From NCBI GenBank assembly GCA_000146465.1, contig CP001952.1: 64,000 nt of DNA; one strand, 5' to 3'. Below, piece by piece: positions 20,709 to 29,639 of this stretch (positions are counted from its first letter, which is position 1; each line of letters starts with the position of its first letter). Both the position numbers and the translations under genes were made by a program. The notes beneath the pieces were generated by a model. The model saw only the letters and a list, made by a program, of their open reading frames with translations. It searched no databases and had not been told where the DNA came from.

Positions 20709-21191
20709 ATGACGCCTTCATACTTCATATCGACAAAATGTTGCATGGTTCCGCATATACCAGATGCCAAGTCTATTTCTTCCACAAACAAAAATATAAA
20801 GATATATGTAGACGATATTTTGTACAAAGATTCAGCCTATGACGGAGGATTCGACCTGCCGATAAGGGAGTTCTGCGCCATTTCCGATATAAAAACATGC
20901 CTTGGATTTAGAAACAAGCCTAGTGTTTTGGTCTCGAAGAGAGGACACTACAAACTTAACAAAGAGAGATACGAAGGACTTCTTGAGGTTTGGAGACCGG
21001 ACTACCATGCCGACTTTGAGACTGGGAAAATCATTATAGAAGGAAATGAATTGATTGAGCCCAAGGATACCAGAGACTTTGTTGAGCTTTTGAATAGCGG
21101 CCATTTGCTTTTTGGAACTGAATTCATTAATACTCTCGTGGAGCAGGGAATGATGCTAGCCCTTGAGGGGTGTAGACTCGATGTTCTCTAA
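20709..21191 (+). CDS. hypothetical protein
   Basis: 160 aa, ATG confirmed, globular, no recognised domain. Confidence 0.45.
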   Translation: MTPSYFISTKCCMVPHIPDAKSISSTNKNIKIYVDDILYKDSAYDGGFDLPIREFCAISDIKTCLGFRNKPSVLVSKRGHYKLNKERYEGLLEVWRPDYHADFETGKIIIEGNELIEPKDTRDFVELLNSGHLLFGTEFINTLVEQGMMLALEGCRLDVL

Positions 21192-21477
21192 ATATTCGAT
21201 TGCAAGTGCTGCGGAGATTTGTCTCCTGGGTATCTCAAGTATCTTTGGAGCATTCGAGAGATAAATGCACTAACATATCTTGTAATTCATAATTTTAATG
21301 TTCTTGACAGAATATTTGAAGGGATTGGGAACAATAAGTTAGATGGTAAGGAAATAAAGATGGGAATTAATTCCCAGCCTACGCCGGCTCAATGATAGAT
21401 AGAACTTTTAGTAGTGCTTTTAATTCCCGCTTGGGGCGTAGACAAAGGTTTAATATACTAGAAAATATTTACCCCAA

Positions 21478-22011
21478 ATGAGCTTAAGTGTTGTCTCTGT
21501 AGATCAGTTTGTAAACTTTGCTCTATCGATAGTGTCAATGAAGATCTCTGGAAAACCAATGTTCCAGACACCAAAGGCAATATGGATACTAAGGGTGACT
21601 TATCTATGTTCCAATCTCATCCAGCTTATGTTCTCACTTTACATAATGCAGAGAATCAAGAAGACAAATGATACTCGCAAGGTCAAAATCAAAAGAGAAG
21701 CCTCTCTGTTCCGAGACAACAATGAAGAGGAGGAGGAGGAAATGACTTATGCTAGTTACGATGAATCGGAGCTCACCAAGATCAGTCGGACATCCATAAT
21801 TCAATTCTTGATCATCACAGTGCTTCATTTGAAGTGGAAGGTAATCCAGCCGCTTTTTGTCCAATCGTTCGTGCCGATAAGAAATCTCCTACTCAGCCCT
21901 CTCTATGCTGCGTATGTCTGGAACAGACCTGTCCTCCGGCCTTTTGAATCCAACATGTTGTTCCAGAAGGCCCCCACGCCATCTGAAAAGAAGAGGGTTA
22001 AGGAGGACTGA
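21478..22011 (+). CDS. PHO88: Pho88/Snd3-family ER membrane protein
   Basis: The C-terminal half aligns with yeast Pho88: QPLFVQSFVPIRNLL vs NPLFMQSISPVKSAL, and RPFES vs RPFKAP. N-terminal TM segments are present. Confidence 0.55.
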   Translation: MSLSVVSVDQFVNFALSIVSMKISGKPMFQTPKAIWILRVTYLCSNLIQLMFSLYIMQRIKKTNDTRKVKIKREASLFRDNNEEEEEEMTYASYDESELTKISRTSIIQFLIITVLHLKWKVIQPLFVQSFVPIRNLLLSPLYAAYVWNRPVLRPFESNMLFQKAPTPSEKKRVKED

Positions 22012-22130
22012 TTAAACAATCCATAAATATCTTGTTCCTTTTGAGTCTATCTTCCCTCTGGAGAGGCTTGAATCCCAAGCTGTGTGTTCTGAAGAAGAAA
22101 TAAAAGTTTGGCCTCAGTTTTAATCCCCAT

Positions 22131-22502
22131 ATGGGAAATGATATAACCCAAGAAAAGAACGAAGATGCAAATGGAATACAAGAAGAAACAAACACAGTAG
22201 AAGGCACGCCAACGAGCCTCTATGGAGAAAGTGACATCATTGAAGAGGAAAGAAGCATAGTTCGTGTGAAGGTTCAGCAGAAGAAAGGAACAAAGAAGGT
22301 AACAATCATTGAAAACATACCAAAAGAGCTTAGGGAAAGTCTTTTGTCCTCTCTCAAAAAGGAGATGGGTTGTGGAGGAATACTCCTTGACGATAAGTCG
22401 TCGATCCAACTCCAGGGAGATAAAACAAATATGGGAATTGCCACCTATTTAAAAAGATATATTAAAGGTTGCAAGGTCGAATTGAATGGCCGGATCAGAT
22501 GA
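22131..22502 (+). CDS. SUI1: translation initiation factor eIF1 (SUI1 family)
   Basis: VRVKVQQKKGTKKVTIIENIP...GGILLDDKSSIQLQGDKTN matches the SUI1 domain. Confidence 0.75.
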   Translation: MGNDITQEKNEDANGIQEETNTVEGTPTSLYGESDIIEEERSIVRVKVQQKKGTKKVTIIENIPKELRESLLSSLKKEMGCGGILLDDKSSIQLQGDKTNMGIATYLKRYIKGCKVELNGRIR

Positions 22503-22578
22503 TGCAAGAGGAATTCAACTTCCTCCAGAGAAAAGGAGACGATCGAATTAAACGGAAAAATATTATTCTTTTAATGGG

Positions 22579-23175
22579 TTAGTTTGTGAAGTCTAAGGGT
22601 TCAAAAAGAATCCTATCTGGGGCTCGGAAAACTCGAGATGTTTTGTGCTTGAAAAGCTCGTTGAGAACATCAAAGTCATACCTTTTCCCTATCCTCTTCT
22701 TATTTTTGTTTTTAACTTCAAAGTCGTGTAGCTTGTGTTTTGAATTGCACATTTCGTCCTTTGTTAGAATGTCTTTCTGCGACCTGTGCTCATGCAAGTA
22801 CATGCAATCGCTGTTTTGGCACAATGCATTTCTCAGATAGAATGTACAATACTTTGTCGTTCCATAGGTACATTTTAGAACCTTCCCATCCAAAAGGCTT
22901 TCATCAACCTCCTGTATGCAGATCTTTGCCTCTTCGTCCGTGCTGTATGTAATATAAGCACTTGCTGTCGACTCCAGAGATGATGTTCTTTTATTGACTA
23001 CTATCTTCCTTATCGCCCCAAATTGCCCAAAAAACTCGTGCCTACTCAGTACACCTTCGTCAGCATACTTCTGCGGTATACATATTATGTAAACAAGATT
23101 CTTCTGCACCACTCTTACATTCGAGAAGTTTCCCCCCGGCTGCCCAGAGGCTATCAACATCGGTTCTTTAGGCAT
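22579..23175 (-). CDS. CCR4-NOT subunit 4-like RRM plus C3H zinc-finger protein, lacking the N-terminal RING
   Basis: VVQKNLVYIICIPQKYADEGVLSRHEFFGQFGAIRKIVVN and KCTYGTTKYCTFYLRNALCQNSDCMYLHE match the Not4/CNOT4 RRM and C3H regions. The ORF begins about 10 aa before the RRM. No RING-coding sequence lies upstream. Confidence 0.6.
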   Translation of the reverse strand: MPKEPMLIASGQPGGNFSNVRVVQKNLVYIICIPQKYADEGVLSRHEFFGQFGAIRKIVVNKRTSSLESTASAYITYSTDEEAKICIQEVDESLLDGKVLKCTYGTTKYCTFYLRNALCQNSDCMYLHEHRSQKDILTKDEMCNSKHKLHDFEVKNKNKKRIGKRYDFDVLNELFKHKTSRVFRAPDRILFEPLDFTN

Positions 23176-23418
23176 CTTTGGGGATTGTCTGCAAAATTTA
23201 ATATTTATTCGCGGTCTTAATAGACCTAAAGAAACCTATTAGAAGCCGAGTTTTCCTCCAACCTTCGGGCTTCTAGTTTACTCTAATAATTGCAAAAAAA
23301 GATCCTAAGGGTGTACCAATAATCAGCAGTCCCGTCTAATTCCCAAACACAGAACGGTGTTTTAAACAAGGCAACCTTTTCTAAAATTAAACACAGACCA
23401 AAAATTTGTCATATTGCT

Positions 23419-24111
23419 TTAATTCAAAAACATTCCCGCATCCATGTTGTATACAACCTTTCCTGCCTCGAGAATCCATATCTCAACGTTCTCTTTGGTC
23501 AAAGCATCGTCTTCCGGGTGTGCATTCTTCAGAGCCATAATCCCAACCCTTACGAGTTCCTCAACATTCATCTTCTCGTACTCCGAGCAGTAGGCCTCCA
23601 ATACAGTCCTGGACGATTGTGCTCTGCTACCTATGCTCATTCCAGAAACCTCCTTGGCATACCCCTTTGGGTTGAATTCAACGAGCCTTATTCCTTCATA
23701 TTCCGCCATGTAAAGCCCCGAGACCCCATAAAGCCTTCTCCCATCAACTATCGTTCTTTCAAAAGTATCTCTTAGCAGATCCTCAAAAACATCTAAAAAA
23801 TGAATAGGTCTCCCTTTGATGACCTCTTCTTGGACGCTTTTGTCAATCAAGTAATCCACAATCTGTTGCCCATCATTGGTAATGCCAGAAAACGTAAACA
23901 GAGACCTTCGGTCAATTGGAAACACCTTTTTCTGGGTATCTGCAAGCTTCGATCTCTTTTCGTTGTGGGCAATCAATACCCCGGCTCCCTTGTTCCGAAG
24001 CCCAACAACTGTGTTTCCAAGCTCTGTTGTCTGTTGGATGAAGTCAAGCTGCTTCACATATCCCTCAGGATTGAATATCTTGAACATGTTATATCTTGCC
24101 TGAGATCCCAT
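23419..24111 (-). CDS. 20S proteasome alpha-type subunit
   Basis: N-terminal [18 protein letters not shown] is the alpha-subunit motif (YD..FSPEGRL.QVEYA). Confidence 0.7.
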   Translation of the reverse strand: MGSQARYNMFKIFNPEGYVKQLDFIQQTTELGNTVVGLRNKGAGVLIAHNEKRSKLADTQKKVFPIDRRSLFTFSGITNDGQQIVDYLIDKSVQEEVIKGRPIHFLDVFEDLLRDTFERTIVDGRRLYGVSGLYMAEYEGIRLVEFNPKGYAKEVSGMSIGSRAQSSRTVLEAYCSEYEKMNVEELVRVGIMALKNAHPEDDALTKENVEIWILEAGKVVYNMDAGMFLN

Positions 24112-24174
24112 CTCAACTGGGGTCAGTCCTTAAAAACATTAAACATCATTGCATTTATTTGGAAATCTTGCTCT

Positions 24175-24606
24175 CTAGGATATGATAAATCTCACATGCT
24201 CTTGCAATATGGGGATGTCCATGTCTTCAATAAACTTCCCTAGGGACTCGGAATATAGTCGAATCACATCATCCATAGGGCTTCTTATGCTTCTTTCCAT
24301 TGCCGATTCGTTAAGATCCCGGAGTTCCTTGAAGATCCTCTCCACAAAATTGAACATTCGGAAGGCCTCGTTGAAGTAGAGGGAATCTGCCGGTGCCGCC
24401 TTCAGAATCTCTTGAAAATATCCTTTAATTCTTTCCTCTAGATCCTCAACAGTCTCCATCCGAGGCGCCTCCTCAAGTCTTTCAAATATCCCATTTCCCG
24501 TCCTGCTTGTAAACAGTTTAAATGTGTCCTCCCGGACAATGAGGTCCATAACCCTATAAAGCATCATTCTAGGGGCTAAAACCAAGCTCAAAATACCAAT
24601 ATACAT
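24175..24606 (-). CDS. hypothetical protein
   Basis: The track ORF begins at ATG 24633, which overlaps the 3' end of the upstream Myb gene on the same strand by 16 nt. The start is therefore placed at the next ATG (MYIGIL). No domain recognised. Confidence 0.4.
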   Translation of the reverse strand: MYIGILSLVLAPRMMLYRVMDLIVREDTFKLFTSRTGNGIFERLEEAPRMETVEDLEERIKGYFQEILKAAPADSLYFNEAFRMFNFVERIFKELRDLNESAMERSIRSPMDDVIRLYSESLGKFIEDMDIPILQEHVRFIIS

Positions 24607-24617
24607 TACAAGTTTAT

Positions 24618-25232
24618 TTAAAATGACATACATATCCGCAGAAGGGCTTGGCTGGCAATCTCATCCATCTCATCAAAGTCGTCCTCGTCCAAGGACCCTC
24701 CATTAGGGACGTATTCCGGAAGATTCTGGACACTGATGCTTCTCTTGGTTTTCCGGCCCATGTCCCCTTTCTGAAGCCCAAAGCCATACTCACCTTTCTC
24801 CTGCGTTATCCCATGAGCCTTCTGAAATTCATCAATCGAACAGAACATACTTCTTCTCCTTACCTTCTCGCTTCTCCTTTGTATCGACGAATTCCAATAA
24901 TTCTTTATTGCATTATCCGTCCTTCCAGGAAGATACTTGGCTATCTCCGACCATCTGTTGCCAAATTTCGAATGAAGTTCAATTATCAGTGCCTCCTCCT
25001 CTACAGTAAATGGTTTCTTTGTGATTTGTGGGTTAAGATGGTTATGCCATCTCTCTCTACATTGCTTTCCAACTCTACTTCCAAGCCTCTTTGCAATAAA
25101 CGACCAGTTCTTAGGGGAAAACTCCTTTACCAACTTTAATAGCTTCTCGTCCTCCTCATGCCTCCATGGACCCTTGACTAACTTGATGTTTGCATCCTTC
25201 TGATTCTGTGATAACTGATCCAACGAAGCCAT
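24618..25232 (-). CDS. Myb-family R2R3 DNA-binding transcription factor
   Basis: LVKGPWRHEEDEKLLKLV...GKQCRERWHNHLNP...FTVEEEALIIELHSKFGNRWSEIAKYLPGRTDNAIKNYWNS is near-identical to the c-Myb R2R3 consensus. Confidence 0.85.
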   Translation of the reverse strand: MASLDQLSQNQKDANIKLVKGPWRHEEDEKLLKLVKEFSPKNWSFIAKRLGSRVGKQCRERWHNHLNPQITKKPFTVEEEALIIELHSKFGNRWSEIAKYLPGRTDNAIKNYWNSSIQRRSEKVRRRSMFCSIDEFQKAHGITQEKGEYGFGLQKGDMGRKTKRSISVQNLPEYVPNGGSLDEDDFDEMDEIASQALLRICMSF

Positions 25233-25470
25233 GAAATGGCACAGGGATTAAGGTTTATATTCTTTTGTTTACAAAATTAAATTTGGTGATATATTTGACA
25301 CAATTTTGACTCCAAGATTTAATCATTCCCCAAATTACAAATAAACTTATATGAGCCTGAACTTTTCAAGGCAGATGGAATAGATTCCACTCCATCCATT
25401 TTCTGTTAATCCCTTCAATTCTCCCCAAGGCTTTTCTTCCTATGTCTGTCTCTTCAATTCCAAAAAGGAA

Positions 25471-25524
25471 CCATGTAATGAATTAGTACCGGGAGATTCT
25501 TTAATAAAAATTACTATTACATGG
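25471..25524. repeat. intergenic hairpin (9-bp perfect inverted repeat ccatgtaat ... attacatgg, about 36-nt spacer)
   Basis: Seen directly. It lies in the 483-bp spacer between the TBC-GAP 3' end and the Myb gene 5' end. Confidence 0.5.
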
Positions 25525-25715
25525 TATATGGGCGCCAAAGCCCAGTCTTCCTAAGATTCCCACTTTCCCAAACTAGTAAATTTTAATTGTTGCGGGAAAA
25601 GCTACAAGCCTGGCACACTGAAGATTGGAAACTGCATTTATTTTGGATCTTTCTATAATCAGTTTAGAAGGTATCAACCTTCAAGTACTGAAATAAATAG
25701 TACAGTCTTCTTACT

Positions 25716-26696
25716 TTAAATTCTATCTCTATAATACTCATATTCTCCATTTCTAAAGCACTCCACTACATATGAGACAATCCTTTCGACATCCACTTCC
25801 TTGGAATCCAAGGCTCCTATAAACTCAATGAGCTGCTCGCCCTGAAGCTCCAGTATTTTTTTTGCAAAGAACCTGAGGATGGCTGCAGCAAAGAACATAA
25901 AAACAGAGAAATCGAAGAACAGGAAAAAATCCCACATTCTTAGAGCCAACTTGATATCAAACCTTGTAAATAGCGTCAAATACCAGCCCACGGCATAAAC
26001 CCCGATATCTATGCTCTGATGTAGTAGATGGCCATACACCTCAGGTATTAAAGCCCGGAAAATCTCATCCTGCACTCTCTGCACCCGAGGAACCTTGCTC
26101 AGCTTCTTGTCAAACAAGGCTTCTAGATTGTTGTTCTTGATGATGCTGACAAGCATCTCAAAGGCTTCTTCCTCAGGGAAATACATTAAGAGCAATGCTG
26201 CAGCACTGGACATTCCTTGGCAGTATCCAACCTCCGGATTGTAATTTGAGTATGCTGTAAGGATATTGAACAATTCGCATTGCCCTCTTCCATATTCTCT
26301 GCTGAAGAGACAGTGTCTTCGGAAAGTCCTCTGAACATCCACATGGATCTGATGCTCATATCCACTCCTTTTTGATATTAGACTTGAGTAACTGAATCCC
26401 GAGGCCTTGGGAGTAAACAGTCCCCATAATCTGTACTTCAGGGAGAGAGGAATTCCTTGGTATATCAATCTTCTCGCAGCCTCGCTTCTTCGCAGCTTTT
26501 CTCCATTATTTTTGCATCTTGCTATGAGATCGTACCATTCGTTTTTGATGGAGACGGGATTGTCTCTGGCCTGGGAGTTGAAGCTATCTACAACGAATCC
26601 ATACTCGTTTGTGCAAAAAATCTCTTCGGACATACTATTGGCATTGTAGAGATCTCTTATGCATCTTTCGTTCTTCATGTTGTTTTCGAGCCGCAT
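25716..26696 (-). CDS. TBC-domain Rab GTPase-activating protein
   Basis: The IxxDxxR-type arginine finger (RRLIYQGIPLSLKYRLWG) and glutamine finger YxQ (GYCQGMS) are present. The track ORF starts at TTG 26843. The first in-frame ATG is at 26696, which would drop 49 plausible-looking residues, so the true 5' end is uncertain. Confidence 0.7.
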   Translation of the reverse strand: MRLENNMKNERCIRDLYNANSMSEEIFCTNEYGFVVDSFNSQARDNPVSIKNEWYDLIARCKNNGEKLRRSEAARRLIYQGIPLSLKYRLWGLFTPKASGFSYSSLISKRSGYEHQIHVDVQRTFRRHCLFSREYGRGQCELFNILTAYSNYNPEVGYCQGMSSAAALLLMYFPEEEAFEMLVSIIKNNNLEALFDKKLSKVPRVQRVQDEIFRALIPEVYGHLLHQSIDIGVYAVGWYLTLFTRFDIKLALRMWDFFLFFDFSVFMFFAAAILRFFAKKILELQGEQLIEFIGALDSKEVDVERIVSYVVECFRNGEYEYYRDRI

Positions 26697-26885
26697 TTTT
26701 ATAAATAGAGGATCTGAAACATCAAGAAAAGGCTGATTGCCCTCCAGATAGATGTGTTGTAACTCTTTGAAGTCCCTGCCCCGTGACACATGTGTAGAGT
26801 CCGGCCTGAAAATCTTGTCTGCTAACGCCTTGGACTGAAACAATGCAAGAGATCTGTGTAAATTAAGAAAAACTCAATAGAACAT

Positions 26886-27467
26886 ATGCATCATAAGAGC
26901 ACAGTCAAAAAGACATTCAAAGTCTTGTTTTTCTTTATCCAGGCATTAGTGTTTATTTCAGGGGTTGGAGGGTCGATAGTTGGAACAACAGTCTATCTAA
27001 CTGCACACGAACTCCTTCAGATACCTAAAAAGGCACTTGTGATTTCGTACACATTGGGAATTCTAGAAGTGACATCGGGGATTCTTGGATACACGGCATT
27101 GGTGTCGAGAAGAAAGATTCGAATGCTTGTCTACATCCTAATCACACTTATCCTCATGAATGCCCAGGCCATGGCGGTGGTCAAGAACTCAGCTATCTAC
27201 GAGAAGTCACATTCATGGGCAGATCAAAGATGGAGTTTATTGAGTGAAGAACAACGAAACTTTATTCAGATGAAGTTTAGATGCTGCGGGTTTTTTAACC
27301 CAGCCGACAGAAATGGATCCAGCTGTGGAGGAGAGTATGGATGTGCAGAAACGATTGATAAGCTTTCCAAGAGTACGGTAAAGCTTCTGCAAAAAATTCT
27401 GATGTTTTTGTTCTTCTTGGAGTCGGTTGGAGTTGGAATTTTGAGTATGCTAAGACTTAGAAAGTGA
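26886..27467 (+). CDS. tetraspanin-like four-TM protein
   Basis: Four TM helices. The large loop carries a CCG motif (FRCCGFFNPADRNGSSCG). Confidence 0.55.
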   Translation: MHHKSTVKKTFKVLFFFIQALVFISGVGGSIVGTTVYLTAHELLQIPKKALVISYTLGILEVTSGILGYTALVSRRKIRMLVYILITLILMNAQAMAVVKNSAIYEKSHSWADQRWSLLSEEQRNFIQMKFRCCGFFNPADRNGSSCGGEYGCAETIDKLSKSTVKLLQKILMFLFFLESVGVGILSMLRLRK

Positions 27468-27614
27468 AACTGGGGGAATTCCGAAATAATAAAAGTAGTT
27501 AGCTTTTGGTTTGGTCTGGGCTTAGGAGAGTATAACTAGAAGAAGGATTGAGATGAAAAGGAGTTGTAGTGCTGCTTGGAAGGAACTTATAATTTAAAAA
27601 TTTGCCCCCTTATA

Positions 27615-28781
27615 ATGCACCAGGAAAATAGAAAGAAACGGATTCCAGGTATTCACTCATACCTAGCAGTTATAGGAGAGCTTCGGCAAGAGCTTGGGAA
27701 GGTTAATGAGTCGATAAACGACCTCCGAGATAAGATATCAGCTATTTACAAGCAGGAGAGAGAAAACTCCCCAAAGAATAATTTATACAAGAAGCTAGAA
27801 GAGCTGGGTAACGAGATAAAGGCATTGAAGGAGGATAGGTCGAAAGCATTTAACTCTAAAAACGATGTTGTGGGAGTATATGAGAATGTAAAGAGTGAGA
27901 TCCAGCCGGAAAAGGGAAAGAAAATGATGAGTGCACAGGAAATCGATGCGCGCATGAAGGAGATAAACCTCAAGCTGATTTCTTCGAAATGTGATTCCAA
28001 AACAGAAAAGATATTTGAGATGGAAATGGAAAATCTTAGGAAACAGAAGAAGAATATCGGGATGATGGAGCAGAAGAGCAAGCTTGCTGTAGATATGAAA
28101 GCCAAGCTTGATTCGTTGAATGCAGAGATTAAGGATCTGAGCCAGAAGATAGCAGAGAGGCAGTCTGTTGTAGATGGAATAAAGGCTGAGCTTAAAGAGA
28201 TAAGCGACCAAGGAAAGCCTAAGAATCCGGCTGTTGAGGGGTATGAGAAGAACATTCAGATACTCAAAGCCAAGAGAAGCGATCTTTCGGAGAAGATAAA
28301 GGCACAACAGGAGAAGATAAGAGAGAAGGAGGTTGAGTACGATAAATTCCTTGAAGAGATGGCTATTGCACAGGCACTTGAGAAGCAAAAGGAGGAGATT
28401 AAACAGAGAATAAATGCTCTTGAGGAGCAAAAGAACATTCTCTCTAAAGAGGAGTCGAAGCTTAATCCTTCGAAGTTTGATTCTATAATATTTAGAATGG
28501 GGTCTCTTAACCTGTCTGGAGAGAAGATCAGCCTTCCTGTCGATCTAGCTCTCTATCTAAGTCAGCATAAGATTCCAATTCCAACATCCCCTAGTCAAGT
28601 GGAACCTACTATTGAGACACTTAAGTCTCAGAAGGAAAACTTTGCAAACCAAGTAGTTGAAAAGAGGAAGGAATTTGAAAGCAAGATCTCTGACCTGGAA
28701 AGAAAGATATCCGAAGAGAAGAAAACTTTAATGGAGATGCCTCCTACTGATATAAAGGTGTTGAAGTTCAAGCGGGATTAA
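27615..28781 (+). CDS. coiled-coil protein, Bfr1-like
   Basis: Long K/E-rich coiled coils whose architecture and local matches resemble yeast Bfr1. The track start 27576 is TTG; the first ATG is used. Confidence 0.45.
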   Translation: MHQENRKKRIPGIHSYLAVIGELRQELGKVNESINDLRDKISAIYKQERENSPKNNLYKKLEELGNEIKALKEDRSKAFNSKNDVVGVYENVKSEIQPEKGKKMMSAQEIDARMKEINLKLISSKCDSKTEKIFEMEMENLRKQKKNIGMMEQKSKLAVDMKAKLDSLNAEIKDLSQKIAERQSVVDGIKAELKEISDQGKPKNPAVEGYEKNIQILKAKRSDLSEKIKAQQEKIREKEVEYDKFLEEMAIAQALEKQKEEIKQRINALEEQKNILSKEESKLNPSKFDSIIFRMGSLNLSGEKISLPVDLALYLSQHKIPIPTSPSQVEPTIETLKSQKENFANQVVEKRKEFESKISDLERKISEEKKTLMEMPPTDIKVLKFKRD

Positions 28782-29639
28782 ACTTTGGTTGCATTTTGCG
28801 GTTTGATTTATTATATTTAGAAGAAACAGAACTTTCTTGGACACTTCCAAGTAATCCCTTCTTTCAGGAGATGTTTGCTGGATGTTAATTATCTTTTCCG
28901 GAAGGACTTGGCAGTGCACAGCCAATAATCGTCGATTTCATGGCGGGTGCTGTGAGTATTTTCTTTTTTTGCTTATGTGATAGCCGAACGATGCGGACTG
29001 TTTCTAGGGAGGGGAGTTCTGATGGCCTTGGCGAATAGTAAACCCCTGCATATCTCTCGTTCATCTTATCGAGTGTTATTCTTGTTAACATTTTCTCTTC
29101 TTTGTTTTTACTCCCCTTGGGCTTATTTTGTTTTATATAGACATATGCTTCTGGAAAGTTCTATTGGTACAAACTATCTACTAAGGGTTTCATTGGTTAA
29201 AAAGAGGGCAGTGAATCTAAAAAAATCATAGGGCTAGGAGTTTTACAACCGGTATAAAAAAGTAAAAAAAAGGCACCCCACTTACCACGTGGAGATGAAA
29301 CAGCCTTCATGCGGTTTTCATCGTGAATGTCCAATTCTCACTACACAAAATGGAGCAATGGGCATTCATCTGGGCAACACCCTCCACACAATTTCTTTCC
29401 TGGGAGATTAAGCAAGATCTGCTTTCTCCTTATTATCTAAGGTTTGTATCTTTTCCAAGGCTGAGCAACTCTGGAATGGAGAGACATCTATAAGAGGCCA
29501 GGCCTGTCTTTCAGTTAACCTCCGTCTTTTAGGAGATAAGACACAAATAAATATGTCTGATGATCCTTTACAAAAAGGAGATGCCCTTTTCAAACATTTA
29601 TGAAAACACCCTTCAAATTCACCGGAATAGAAATTAGAA

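Noticed and set aside
24606-24633. Using the ORF-track start ATG 24633 for the hypothetical gene
   Set aside because: It would overlap the last 16 nt of the upstream Myb CDS on the same strand. The next in-frame ATG (24606) avoids the overlap, though the true start remains uncertain.
27795-28430. 211-aa Leu-rich minus-strand ORF
   Set aside because: Antisense to the K/E-rich coiled-coil gene. Reading GAA/AAG-rich sequence in reverse gives Leu/Phe-rich nonsense. Spurious.
29283-29400. U1 snRNA call
   Set aside because: Only the ACUUACC 5' motif and one hairpin match. I could not identify U1-70K or U1A loops or an Sm site, so it is kept as a low-confidence finding rather than an ncRNA feature.
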